Part shown: piece after piece, positions 1 to 14,700 of the stretch | Numbering within the stretch: the stretch's first letter is position 1 | Layout: each line of letters opens with the position of its first letter | Assembly (NCBI GenBank): GCA_905331295.1 | Contig: CAJNYD010000293.1 | Coordinates: 124,001 to 188,000 of the forward strand | Source of the DNA: Rotaria socialis | Lineage: Eukaryota | Reading direction: 5' to 3' | Length of the DNA: 64,000 nt | Notes under the pieces: model-generated | Told to the model about the DNA's origin: nothing | Database searches by the model: none | The model's input: the letters and a program-made list of their open reading frames with translations, nothing else | Made by a program: the position numbers and the translations under genes

Positions 1-78
1 TTTTTATATATTCCACAAAAAAAATTAATGCAAACATATATTATATTTTTAGATACAATTTCATTCTGTATTTTAAAT

Positions 79-1635
79 ATGTCGATCAACTTTAACAATA
101 GTGGTTACAATCAACAGAATCTACATCCTTTCGCTTCACACCTAGTTAAAACTTCTGCGTTAACAACGGCTTCGACAACAGACGCTATCCTACTTGAAAA
201 TCGTCCATCTATTATGGCAACATTCATATCACTATACACATTGATATTTTTCTTTGGAATTTGCGGAAATGCACTTGTCGTTCGTAAGTATGACACTCAT
301 TTCAAGTAGAACAGAAAAAAAAGAAAATTCAATTTATACCATCTTCCTAGTTGTTGTTTGTCGTAATAAAGCTATGCAGACTGTAACCAATGTATTTATT
401 ACTAATCTAGCTCTTTCCGATATTCTTGTAAGTAATCTATGATCAATAGTGATACAAATGAAATTCAATTTTATATATTTCTCTAAGATGTGTTGTCTCG
501 CAGTTCCATTTACGCCTATATCAGCCTATGGTAGTACTTGGCATCTTGGTAGAGTACTCTGTCATTTAGTACCAATGTCATTAGGAATATCAGGTAACCA
601 CAAATGATTATAATTAAAAATTGATTTATTGATTTTTCTTCTCAATAGTTTATGTATCAACACTAACCTCATTAGCCATAGCTGTAGACCGTTATTTTGT
701 TATTGTCCATCCGTTTCGTTCACGTATGCGTCTAGGTGTGTGCATATTATTAATAATTGTTATATGGATTGTCGGTATTTCCATATCATTACCTTTAGCA
801 ATATATATGCGCTTTGATCATGAAAAATGTGAAGTAAATGAAAAAGAAACAAACAGAATAAAAAACTTTGCATTTTTTTTCTTTGTTTTGTTTTATAATC
901 CAATAGGAACATTGGCCACAGTATACATCACGACGTTTTTTTAATTTTTCATCATTAATACTACAATATTTAATTCCATTCTCCGTCATATCATTCAGTT
1001 ATTATAAAGTATGGGTTGCGCTGGCACGTCGCTCATTACCAGGACGTACTCGTATACGTGAAGAAGTGGAAATATGTCGTAAGAAACGCACAAATCGTAT
1101 GCTCATTGCAATGGTTGTTATATTTGCTATATGTTGGTTACCATTGAATATTGTTCATATGATTACAGAGTTTTATCGTTCACAATTAAGCCATTATAAA
1201 GTACTTTTTTTGAGTACACATGTCATAGCGATGTCATCAACCATTTATAATCCATTTTTATATTCGTGGTTAAATGATAATTTTCGTAAAGAATTTCAAA
1301 AAATTGTTCCATGCCTATTTAAAGTATGCTGCTGTTTAAATCGTCGTCAACCAAGTAATTTACCAACACAATTAACAAATGTGGGTGATGGAGATTTTTA
1401 TGATCGCCCATCAACATATCAGATACCAGCTGAATCGACTATAGCAACGTGTACGCAAAATCCCAGTCAAATGAAACAATCAACATCGAATGGAAAACTC
1501 AATGGTTTACCAATAAAAAAGTTAAATAATCAAGAAACTTCTTTTACAGTTCCAGCAGATGAAACATCAGGCTCATTAATTCCACTACACCAACAACCAC
1601 AAACAACACTTACTACAACAACTAATAAAAATTAA
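79..1635 (+). CDS. Rhodopsin-class neuropeptide GPCR, sNPF receptor/prolactin-releasing peptide receptor-like; exons ~79-283, 351-427, 488-593, 649-833, 907-1635
   Basis: Spliced translation gives TM1 GICGNALV, TVTNVFITNLALSDIL, TM3 AIAVDRY, TM6 FAICWLP and TM7 NPFLYSWLNDNFRKEF. The four short GT-AG introns keep frame. Confidence 0.9.
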
Positions 1636-3489
1636 AATATTTTTCTTTTATTTTGACATAGATATTTTCGTATATATTTCGATCTTGTCATTCTTAAAGA
1701 AAATATAGATCAATCATTGTTTGCGTGATTCTATTTTTTTTGTTAGTTCGTTTGCATATTCAATGAATAAAATAAAATTCTCAATATGAAACTTATTTGA
1801 TTGAATTATGTAGAAAGAAAACAAAAATCACATAATCAAATTTTGATCTCTATCAAACAAAATGGAACTGATGTTTTGCTAAAGTAACATAATAAATTTC
1901 TAAAACTACAGCATAATTTATTGTAGAAACGTAAGAAAAAAAGATTCTATTATTTCGTATAGAAACCATTTTTATTAAATTAGCTACAAATCAATCGTTT
2001 GTATTCATTACAATGTCTTTCACAGTATGACAAGAAACTTTCGCAATCAATTGTCTATTCACATTGCTAATTCTAAGGCGTAGTGGCATCCTCTTGATTA
2101 GCATCCGAAAAGAAATATTTTCTTTGAGTAATATTATTGGGTAGGTTCAAATGATAACAAAAGAAATGAAAAATTCACAAGAAAAAAAAGCTCTCCCCGT
2201 TTTCTTTTGCAGAAGTCAATTATCCGTCGAAAATAAAACAAGTTAACAAAATCAATAAGACTTTAGCATGTCTGGCATACTAGTCTGGAAAAAATTCACT
2301 TTGATTTGTTATTTCTAGAGAAAAATATTTAATGGAGACCATTGAATAAGTCTCATTTATCGTAGTTGATTGAACAAGTTTTCAGAACGAATAACATGGT
2401 AAATATATTCATATGTTCAGTATATTCATAGCTCCGATAATAGCTCTTCATTTGGAGATAAACAAAACTCTTGTCCAGTTTGAACAGATTCTCGAGGACT
2501 ATTTATATCGATGTTATGTGAATAGAACAATAGTCAATCTAACAAAAAAAGTTTTATTGACGTTAATTCAAAGACTCTTTTCTTTTGATCACATTTATTA
2601 GTCTAGACAGACTGAAGCTCTTCTATAGAAGAGCTTAAGTAACAACAAAATCATGTAAATAAATTTAACAGAACCTTAAAAATGATTTAAAGATTAAAAT
2701 AAACAAGTCTACTATGACCTATAATACATTAATTCAAACATCGATTCGTAATATTGTTGAACAGAATGATCATATATATATAATTGAAGATTTCAAAGAG
2801 TAGTCCATTGTAGCATGACAATTCTTTTCGAATATGAACTAACTTCTCTCTCTCTATATATATATATTAATGTTGAATTTTTAATAATGAATTTATGACT
2901 TTTTTCTTTCATTCAACAGATATTTGACTATTTACTAAGAAAAGATTTGCTATTTTGTCAGGTTGTTTTTGTCAAATTATTTCGTATGATAGAAAAGAGA
3001 CATGCAAAAATATATAGGCATATTTGTTTTTTTTTGACAGATGCAAATAATCATCGACAAACACGAAAACAAATATCAAATTTCTTTTCTCTATGATTTA
3101 AGCAAATATATTTTCTTGCGATTATCTTTCGTATTATAACTTGAACTTAGATCGAAATAAGAACTTGCTACTAGTCAACTATTCCATGAGTATAGATGAA
3201 GAAGAAAAATAATTAACTTTTTAGTTATCGAATTACCGTTGAATCATATTCCTGTTCAATTCAATTACAAAGACAAAATAGTTTTCTTACGAGTAACCAT
3301 ATAACCTTTTTTCTTGTTTCTTTCTTTTCTTAATAATACCAGGGCTCATTACGGCAGTACTATACAGATTAAATTACTTGTTTTCTTCTTTCTTTCCCCT
3401 TTTGACTGATTTAATGATTCATTTCATAGCATAAAAATACCATCGATTATCATCGATTACAGCGATAATATTCTACAAGTGATTAAATT

Positions 3490-3876
3490 ATGGCACGACC
3501 ATGTTTAAAAACGTATTATCCTTCATATAAGGATAAGGATTCTGCTATTGGTTTCGGCTACGATTATTCATCATCAAATGAACTTAACTCGTCACGATTG
3601 ACATTAAATAGAACATTTGAAAAGCCTCAATCAAAAACCATACTGTTTCCTATTCCCGGAGTAACCATAAAAAAACGAACGCACACTAAACCTTTAATAA
3701 GATTTCCATGGGATGGAAAGGTTGAACGTATTCGTCCGGCAACAATGAAAAATAGTGAAAATGGTGATTATATTCTTTGTGACACAGATCGTGGAGCGTA
3801 CGTTGCATATCGCACGCCATTAGTTCCTGAATGGGTTAAAGAACTTGTTAATCAAATTGAGGCAGAACAAAGATAA
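3490..3876 (+). CDS. Hypothetical 128-aa single-exon protein
   Basis: ATG-initiated ORF with protein-like composition (FPWDG, YILCDTDRGAYVAYRTP) and AATAAA just after the stop. No recognised domain. Confidence 0.55.
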   Translation: MARPCLKTYYPSYKDKDSAIGFGYDYSSSNELNSSRLTLNRTFEKPQSKTILFPIPGVTIKKRTHTKPLIRFPWDGKVERIRPATMKNSENGDYILCDTDRGAYVAYRTPLVPEWVKELVNQIEAEQR

Positions 3877-5727
3877 AATAAAAATAACTCATTTCTATGC
3901 ATGATTTTATTAACGATCTCTCTTTTTATTTCTAATACTTTCTATTGTAAATGCGATCTATATATATATATATATATGTCTGGACTGCTTATAAATGTTG
4001 TCATTTTTATTCGAATATATTAAGTAGATGCTTTGCATGTATGTTTGATTAATGAATGTATACGAGCGAAAGAGTATTATTGGATTCTAATTATTTTTGA
4101 AAAACAACACGCTCATTCGCATAAGAATTGCTTGCTTTTTTTTCTATAATAGCTGTAAGTCTATTCAAGTGTTGTACGAGTCGAAGAATGACAGGAGACT
4201 ATTTCATATAAATTTTATTTGCCGACTGAAAATCTTACAAATCGCTTGTATATATATTTGGAAAGCACAAGTTCACAACAATCAAACTGATTCATTAGTA
4301 ATAAGTTCAGGTTGAAATAAAAAATAGAAACAAATGAAGTTGCACGTTGCACGCTATAGTTAATAAAAGCGTGACAACTGTTGAAGATAAATTTCATCTA
4401 GTTCTTAAATATGAAACTACTTTGGGCTTTCTATTATTGTTTTTTGATATTTCGCCACCGTTCGTTGTATTCAATTCCCCTTGAATATTTTGATTCAAAT
4501 GTTTGTCATCGTAATTCTATAGTTTTCATGTCACAAACCAAATAGCAAATTTTCCCAAGATAATGCAGCAAACACTCCTTCAATTATTAACCAAAAACCG
4601 GCACAAAGAAGTTCAATAATACACGAAAAAATGTTGACCATTTCTTATTGTACAGATATTCAATACTTGCAATATTATATTGCATATTCCACAAAAAAAT
4701 ATCACTGTTTCATTGGAATAATTTATTTCACCGATATTTAACAATTATATAGAAATTTTCTGTCGTACTATCATCTTAATATGCATACACGGCATCAATG
4801 AAATGACTACGAGAGTATTTGTCGTTCTAAATGGTGAATAATAGGGAATAATTATTTATTGTCACGATAAGTCTATTAACTAAATTTTTGAATGCTACAT
4901 CGTTATCCGTAAATATAATGTTTTCGCGCAATTATTATCTTATTATTTTATCCAATCTAATCATCATGTGCGAAATAAGTGATACGACACGCATTGTATT
5001 AAGCAGTGAATCACGCGGCAGCTATCAAAGTTGCAATCTATAATTCAATATAAACAAAAAACAAACATCTCATACTCTCGTTGAGACTACGGCTCATATG
5101 AATGTTATCTATGACGAAAAAAAAAAAAGAAAAGAAACCTGAACCTTCCAAATTCTTGATATTTTCTTTCAATATTTTTGTCTTTGGTAAAAATAGTATT
5201 ATTAACAACAAAATGTAGATCTTCCGAAAAAATCGGTACATTCCGTTTTGTTTTGTATTAATAAATATTCTCAATTCAAATTTGCAAACAAAAGAAAAAA
5301 AGGAATCTGAGCTTTTACAATTTTGACACTCCAATAAAACATCCTTCCTAATAATAAATTACACACATAAACAAATGAAAACGAAAAAGAAGAATTTTTA
5401 GCACAATGAGCCAAAAAAGAAAGAGAGAAACAAAAAATAGGCTAAACTAAACAATTGGTTAGAAAAATAGTATAAAAAAAACCAAAACCAAAAACGAACA
5501 GATATGTACAGACAATAAAAAAAAGAAAGAATTCAAGAAGCTCTAGCAAATTATTATTTTGTTTGCTAATTCTATATAGGTATTTTTTCTTGTAAAACAT
5601 CACATTTTATTCGCTTTTTTATCAGAGAATACTAATCTAAAAGTTATTATTTGTAAAAACGAAGGCATAAAACAAAATGTCACTGTGTTGACTAGATGAT
5701 TTAAGTTTCTGTACGAGTCAACTATTG

Positions 5728-8700
5728 TCAAGATGAAACAAAATTATCAAATGAACCCAAATATTCTAATGCAGAACGATAACAAAATTGATATTGATCC
5801 TATTAAAAGTGAAAAAAAATAAAAGAGTCATTCTTTTCTATAGAATGAAAAATATCTAAAAGCTTTACTTCTGTTTGAACAAGTGCCGGTCGTTGTGTAC
5901 GTAACAATTTCACTGTTTGAAATATATCAACGACACCTTCGTATCGTATCCTTTCAAGTACAATACTTAACGTTAGAAAAACACCCGTTCGTCCGGCACC
6001 TTTTGTTAAGAAAGAATTATAAGAAATAAAATAAAAAAAGAATGACATTATCTGAAATAAACTTACCAGCTGAACAATGCACAACAATGGGACCTTCTTG
6101 ACCGAAACCTTCTTTAGTTTTATGCACTTGTCCAATAAAATCAATAAAACCTTCACCAATTTTGGGTACACCTTGTTCAGGCCATTCAGTATATAGAAAG
6201 TGACGAACTGTCCGAGATTGACCATCCTATATATAAATACAGAAAACAACATATAATTAATTCACACAGAAAGAAAGTATATAGTTTTTATTTCTTTACC
6301 CTTGAATCAGTCACTTTAAATTCACTTAATAGATATTGCGGCATATTATAAGCACCAACTGGATCAACAATAAAATATCCATAACGTGTTGATCGATCTG
6401 ATGGCCAATACTGTACACATTTTTCTCTGCCCATTTCTTTTAATTTTGTTAACATCACAATAATAGTTACATTGTGTTCCCATACCATTCTCCAAAAATC
6501 ATCTACGGTTTCAGTTAATGGTCCTTGCGTAGCGATGTAACCATTTTTAAATCGATAGCTCTAAGAATTATTGTTAATAAAAAAAATAAATAAAGAAAAA
6601 AGAGCATTGATTTCAAACTTACATCAATATAAGATGCATTGATATAATCTGATCCTTCAACACCACGAATGGGAGATAAACATAGGCGAGTATTTTCATC
6701 TGATAATTAAAGATAAAAGTAAAAATTCCTCTGAATATAGAATAAACTTACAAGGTAAAATGTTCACAAGACGATTTTTAAATTTATTAGCAGGATTATT
6801 TGCACTTAAAAATTTTGATGGTTGTGCTTTAAAATTGGATAAACGCTAAATTAAAAATAAACAAAATATATTGAGTATTGAAAAGAAGCGGATTCATTTT
6901 TTGGTTTTGTTTTACTTTAAATTCAAGTTCCATTTCAGTTAATGAACTATCATTTATTGGATGTAATAATCGTTGTAAATGTGTTAATAAATTTCTTGCT
7001 AGAACTTCCGTTTGACCTGATTGAATAGCTTCATTTATTGCTTCGTAAATAAATATATACTGTTCTTCTGTTTGAACAATATAATTTCTATGATAGAAAA
7101 GAAAAGAAAGATGATACTTTATTGCTTTTTCCGCATCGCGACATATTTTGTTATCGCCGTCGAAGTCAGACATGCAAAATATTTTCATCCTATCTCATCT
7201 TGAGAAAGGAAAACTCGAAATTAGTAAGATTCTTTTTTAATTATTCGCTTCGTTGCGAATTTTAATACACAAGAACGAACTATCACGATCATGCTAGTTT
7301 AGACACGAACGCTAATCGGCATTTTCTCTTGATTTAGCTTAGATCAACGGGAGAAAACGATTCTATAATTTCAAGTAGATTATATTTTGAATCCTTTCAA
7401 TGTGAACATCATGCAAAAGAGAGTATTATTAGTCATTGAGTAAAAAAAATTGAACAAAAGGAGTATGAAGAATTTGTACAAGACTATTAAATGCATCATT
7501 TGAAATAAGACAAAAAAAGATGAGCCTTATGACCGGAACTAAATGTTTCATACATTCGTATTGTATTAATAATCGCTACATCGATGGATAGTCTATTACA
7601 ATGACGCATCCCTAATCTCGTTTTGCGTCGATGCTACGTGTTGTGTCTTTTAATGAATTTTATATCTGACCTGACGTCATTCGGTTGCACAAACACGCAG
7701 AATCTCATTTTCTATATATTTAATTTCAGTAATATTTACTCATTGTGTTTCCGATTAGATTTTCTCGATAAAGTAAGTAAATAAGTATTTATTATTACCG
7801 TTGAGCTCTTAACAAAGTAACATGCCCATAAATGTCAATAGTTTTTTCATGTTTTAATCTTTCTAATAAAGCATCAATAACAACAAAACAGCCCGTACGA
7901 CCAACGCCAGCTGAACAATGTACAACTATGGGACCAGCATCGGGTAGATTGAGAACTTTAACTCTTCGAACAAACATTAAAAATGATGTTGCATGTTCTA
8001 ATATGCCATGATCTATATGTCGGGGGGAAGAAAAATATAATTAGAAATAAAACAAAATCGTTTTTTCTTCTTCTCTTACCTGGCCACGCTGTAAATTGAC
8101 AATGTCGAATTTCTCGTTTGTCAGGATGACCAATCTAAAGTTATTTTGTAAAAATTAATTTTTCGTCAATAAAATAAGTCAATCATACCCATGCTACAGT
8201 AAATGTTCGAATACTATAAGATGACAGTTCAATGAAATCAGTTAACGTAACTTGTATCGATCCATAAACTTCTGTTCCTCGTGTTGGCCAATATTGATCA
8301 CATTTAAGACGATTTCTTTCTTCTAATTTTGTCATCATAACAATACAAGCTGAATTCGTTTCCCATATCATTCTCCAAAAGTCAGCGAATGTATTTGGTA
8401 GAGGACCTTGTGTTGCTATGTAAGCATTTTGTTTTCTATATCCATCTAAATAATTTGCATTGATATAATCGCTTCCCTGTATACCATCAATTGTGTGTAG
8501 AATAACACGTGAATGATCGTATGCAATAACATTGGCATAACGATTTTTTGCTTTATTATATTCAAGTTTAGAATGTTCCCATGAAAATTGTTGGCCTGGG
8601 TCAATGGACTAGAAAAGAGAGGAGGAAACAAAAGGAAATTAAAAATAATATAATTTTTTATATCGTACCTCATATTCCAATGAGAATTTGTAATTGTCAG

Positions 8701-11700
8701 CAGCTTTTAGACGTTCAAGATGTTCAGTAAATTCATCGATATGAATCGGAGAGTGAGTTGTTGAAATAACTTCTTTGATATGAGTATGAATGTTATTATT
8801 GTTACTATATGTATTTACTATTTGATTTCGTCGTAATTCTACGTGTTCATTGGATGATGTTGGCGATACTGTCGATGGTATTATAGGCATTTGCATTTCC
8901 ATTGTTAATACTTTAGGTGTTAAATCAAATGGTACACATTCTGGTGGCAGTGTTGAAGATTTCTTTTTTGTTCGATTATATTTCAATATGAATATAATAA
9001 TAACAAGTACAATGACAAATATTAACACGATGATACCAAATATCCATAATAGATTATAGAATGTTTCCTGATTTTGTGTTTGCACTAGTTTTGGTAATAG
9101 ATTTAATTGTATTGTTGAACTTGATGTTGTTAAATTTTCTTTTTTACGATTAAAACCCCATGATACTAATTTAACTTTACAACCATTGCTTACTGGAGAA
9201 TTATTATAAACACGGCCATGAAATGGTTCCCAATCGCGTGTTTCTTTACCATCGCCTAATACGAAGATATCTGGTAATTGAGATTCATTAAATACACCTG
9301 CTGTGTAACAACATTCGCGACGACCCTATTTTTAAAAATGAATTAAAAATATTAGAAAAGAAATTTTCTTTTCTTTTTGCACACCACTACATACCTCTTG
9401 TGGTACATAGGATCGGTATGAAACATGTTCAATAAGATGAACAACAACATAATATCGATCGATGGGTCCATTTTTTGTTGATGCACGATGAAGACGTAAA
9501 TGAACTTGTTGTGGAACAATCGATAAGCCATTTGTTTTAGTTAAAATTCGTCGATCTTGTTCAGGTCGATCAACATAGGGTGGTGCATCGAAATCAGTTG
9601 ACAAACGTATTGTTGCAGGAAGGCTATAGATTTTTATCGAAGATTGTTCTGTTGATGATATTGCACCACTTAAATTGAATGTATATTGAGTATTCGGAAC
9701 TAAACTAGTAACAAGCCATTCACGTGCACCTGCCGTTGGCGGAATCGATATAAGACCAGCTAGATTGTGATGAGAAGTTGAACGTATTGTACCTAAACCA
9801 TCTACATAATTTTGTATACCTTCATAGTGAACCTATTAGATTAGAAGAAGAAGAAGAAGAAGAAGAAAATAGTCTGTATAGAATTATGTTTAATTTTGAT
9901 TAACAAACTTCAAGTTTTTGTATTTGCCGCCGTGGATCAAGATTTGTTTCATTAAAGAAAAATAATAGTTTAACACTATTGGATGTAAGATCAACATAGC
10001 TTAGATTAGTAGGTCGACTTAATTGATCATCGTATTGAACAATTTCTCTTGTACCTACAATATATAAAATAATTAATGCTTGATGTCTTTTCTTTTTAAT
10101 TTAAAATGAACAATTAAAAAAATATTGAAGGTGTTATATAATATTTCAATCAATAATAGTTTATATGTTAGGAAATATGATCTACAGCGAGTCTTGAAAT
10201 GTCACGGTATACATTTAGATCTATGCACTCTCTCGTCTGACAAACCGTGACAATCGACCGGCAACTCTCTGTTGGTAGATGTGAATAACAACTCTATCGT
10301 GTTTCACATTTGACTCCCGCAAGGATTGTACTGATAGCTTTTGTAATAGATCTGATTGCTCCGATGATATGAAACTACTGCTGAGGCTCGTAGTGATCTG
10401 ATATATATATATATGTATGAGATAATCCTATCCAGTAGGGTACAATATGAAAAGGTTAAGAAAATTTATCATAGTCGTAGTACAGAATAAGAAAAAAAAG
10501 TTTGCCTACAGATCTCAATGAAATCCTCTCGCAACACTAGAAGAGCACCCTTGAAAAGAATTGCACAAAAGCACAATAAAAATTCATGAATTGTCTAAAA
10601 GCTTTTTTGTATCGACTCGAGGACTAGATAAATTATCATTTGAATAGAACACAATTTGTTTTTGGTTTTGAAACTAGTTTTTTTTTATCTCTTGTAAAAA
10701 TGCCCAATGTGTTGATACTCAGTAACTAACATTCTCTAGCTACATAAGACCATCTTGATTGAATAAAAAAAAAAACTTCTGATTAGTCTTTTGTTTTGAT
10801 TCATCATCCTTTTCATGTAACTCTACCATTCTTTGAACATTCCTCGAAATTCATTAATAATGATAGAATTCAATACCCTCGATTTTGCTATCTGTAGATT
10901 ATCTATAGTTAAGACCTTTTTAAGTGTATTCATCTATAAGCAGCTCGCCGAAAGTATAAGTACGGGAAAAAAAATAATCAGAGACAGTACCATCGTATGG
11001 CTATATTATAATAGAAACTTCAGATCTCATCGCTCGCTTAGAAGTCTTGATAAAAATAAAAGAACAACTATTTAATGTTATTTTTTTTGTCAATTATCTG
11101 TTTTTTTTCTTTTTAATTATTTAAAATTCCTTGATATATATAATGTCTCAATAGTCATGCAATTACATGAATGACTAAAACCTATTCTTTTTTTGTCTTT
11201 TTTTTTGTTCTGTCATAAACATTATCTTTCTCTATCTATTGCATGATGATAATCATAGTGCCAACACGCCAAATCATCGAAACAAATACAAATTTTTTGC
11301 TTTTATTATTGAATTTCATAGTAAAAAAAGAAGAAGAAGAAGAATTCTTTTTTTTCTTCCAGTTATCTTGTTCTCCAGAGATAAAGATCTACACAGTTGA
11401 TTATTGATCTCAACGGAGACACTAATAGAATTGATGATTAAACACGAATATTCTTTTCATAAAATCGCTCATTCACTTAATCGATTCTTCAGTTAAATTT
11501 TTGCTTGATAGTGATTATTATATGATAATGGTCAGTCGAATGGATCATTTTACAGACCAATGATTATTTGATAGGCACATCATCACGTCGAACACCAGAC
11601 GGAGATCATTAAAAAGAATTTGCACATGAAGAATTTATCACGCAAGACATGTGCTTGTATTTATCGCTCGCTGTTCGAATTGCATATAAAATCAATTAAG

Positions 11701-14700
11701 ATGAAACCACACAGATGAAGAAGAAAAAAGAACTCAATTTGTTCTCTCTTTTTTTCTGACCTTGATAAAAAGTCATAGCTCAATGCAGTTTTTTTCTTCG
11801 GGGCATAATAAATAGTTTCTCATGTTTTCTTTCCTTTTGATGTTTCATATTCCTAAAATCATTACTATTCTCAGTTTGTTATGAAAGAATGACAGCGATT
11901 TTGCTATGTTCTGATTCAATTGAGACAAACATGAAATGACACGAAGCAAAAAGAAATTTCTTGTCATGCAATCGCAAAAAGGAAAATAGTTTGACTTTTT
12001 ATGAAAGAAAAAAACTTACGATGATATATATCAGCAACATGAATCTCAGATAAATCTCCTTCGCGGCGTTCTGTTCCCGATGAATTGTATCGTTCGTAAA
12101 TATTTGCAGAAAATTCTGCACTGACACGAACATTATACATAGCATCTGGTTTTAAGCCACTTATGGTTGCTGTTGTTGTGCTTGGATGTGATGGTGAATA
12201 TAATGCCCATTGATTTTCAGGTTTATTTTCAGCCTTATCATTATAATGAACAATATATCGTTCAACTGGTGGATGATAGATTGGTAGCCAGAACACTTGA
12301 ATTGTTGTGTCATTGATACGAACAACACGAATATCACGCGGCGATGGATCTAAATTATATACATATATAGAGGCATTTATAACGAGAATTGATGATAAAA
12401 ATATTTTTGGATAAGAAAAAAAAAGAAATTGAAAGTACAAGCTTGTCTTACGAGTTGATGAACGAGGTACTTGAGCATAATAGGTTTTTGGAGGTGCTGT
12501 AATATTGACACTTGGATGATAATTTAGGGAAAGAAGAAGCAAAAGTGTAAGAATATGATGAAACATGAAGTAAGGCATTAAAATAATGCTTGATTTCGTA
12601 TTATTATTGTTGTTTGTATCATTATATAATAGACGTAAGTTGTTTCTATTCTTTAGTTTTAATACAATAATCTATGATGAAAGACTCATTGGTAAGTTCT
12701 TTCTCCTTTTTTTCTCTCTCTCTTTCTCTGTGTCTCTCGGTTATTCAACGTTTCTTTTTCTTGTTTTAATAATAGCCACATCAGAGATAGAGAAGTTCAG
12801 GAGAAAAAAACGATCAAATTTTACATCTGTGTAATAGCAAGAAAAGAAACTTTCTTCGGTTGAACGTTCTCGCTCGTTCTGTCGTTTCTCTACTAACTTG
12901 ATTTTTTATTCTCTTCAAGTCAGTTAATGCAAATAGAAGAAAAAAAGGATAGCAAGACGAAAAGAAAAAAAAGAGAGATATCTATTGCTACTGCTTCTAA
13001 TGCCTTTTTTTTGTCTGTTCCAAAGATGCAAACAAAAAAGGAATGTGTGTTGTGTGTGTGTGTTCGCTTCACAGAAGAAAGAAAGAATGGCAAAGAATAA
13101 GAACACCATAAAAAAAATCTCATATAGGAGATTGATGAAGTCGAATCAAATCGCATGCGTGTTTATGTATGTACATAGATGTAATATGAAGCCGTAGCCG
13201 CGCACATGATCTGATTTATGATAAAATTGATGTTGGCCTATTTAGTTTATCAAATTCAAGATTTAATTGAACACGTAGATATAAGCAAAAAATAAACGAG
13301 AAAGAATCTCAATTTGTATTGCAAGAGACCTTCGAGTTTCTTTCTTTTCTCTCTCTCTCTCTCTCTCGTTTTCTTCGTTGTATATGTCAATCGATCATCC
13401 TTCTTTTCCGTGTGACATAAATCAAATATAATAATAGCTGCCACTCTTTCGAGTGTGTGCCCATGCTTTTACAACAGGATGTCGTTCTGTCAACATCACA
13501 CAGCAAGAAAGCGAAAGAGAAAATTTTCTTTGTTCTTTCTCATTGAATCTTTGCATATTTTAAGAAGTTTGAGACATTGAATAAAAAAAGAATGAAGTAA
13601 AATATATATATTTTACATCTCAACTTACTGAGCATATTGACATATAGTTGATATTCAATAATTGATGAATTTTGCCCATTACGATCGGAACATCGAGCCG
13701 AAAAGTGTATAGTTCGATTTGGATGAATACCTAAGTGAAAATAAATATTTAAATCGAGGAAAAAAGACAACCTTCGATTAAAATACCAAATGGATCATTA
13801 GAATCGATTTGAATATCTAATTTTTTAATTGTATTGTCAAATTCTTGTGCTTGTATCGTTCGATTTGTTCTACCAAGTTCAATTACAGTTATATAAATTT
13901 TATTGATAGCATTCACATTAGATGGCAAGTCCCATGTAACGCTCAACGTATGTGAATTGACAACGTATGCTGTTAAATTACTTGGAGTTAATTGTCCTAA
14001 TAGAAAAACGAAATATAGATATAGCGGGAATATATTTTTTTAATTTGATTGATATATAGTTTTTTCGTCTTCTCTTTTGGCATTTATATATGTATGTCTA
14101 ATCATAATAATGAAATGCTCGCGTCTACGAATAAACATCAATATAATCATACATATGGTATCGATCTATCTTTGCTTATGAATCAAAATCAAATGGCTAA
14201 ACAAGACAAAACTTGTAATTTATGTTGTTTATTTACATTAGACTGTTTACATCAATTTCAATCATTAAATTATTCAAATTTTCAACAAAATAGAAATGAA
14301 AAAAATTATAATGCCATTTTATCGTCAATAGACATATGGAAAGAAAATAGTAGTAGAAACGCGTTTTCTCCTTTCTATGATGTTCCAATATGTTTTCATA
14401 ATAATTTTTCATCAAGTAATCAACAAATATTATCAATAAAAGGCTTCGAAAGCGAACAACATTTATATTCTATAAAGGTTTTTCTTTCTTTCTCTATTGC
14501 ATTATTATTATTATTGAATAGAAAAATTTAATTAGAAAACTGCATCATCATCATATGAAAGGCTTCTTCATTGTTTACCAAGTCCACCAAAAACAAGAAT
14601 CAGTCAAAGATCATCTATCGATAATCATAGAATCGAACCGATAAAATTAATTGATAATGTAAGCTACACGAATAGAAAAATCTGGATTATGGTCGAATTG

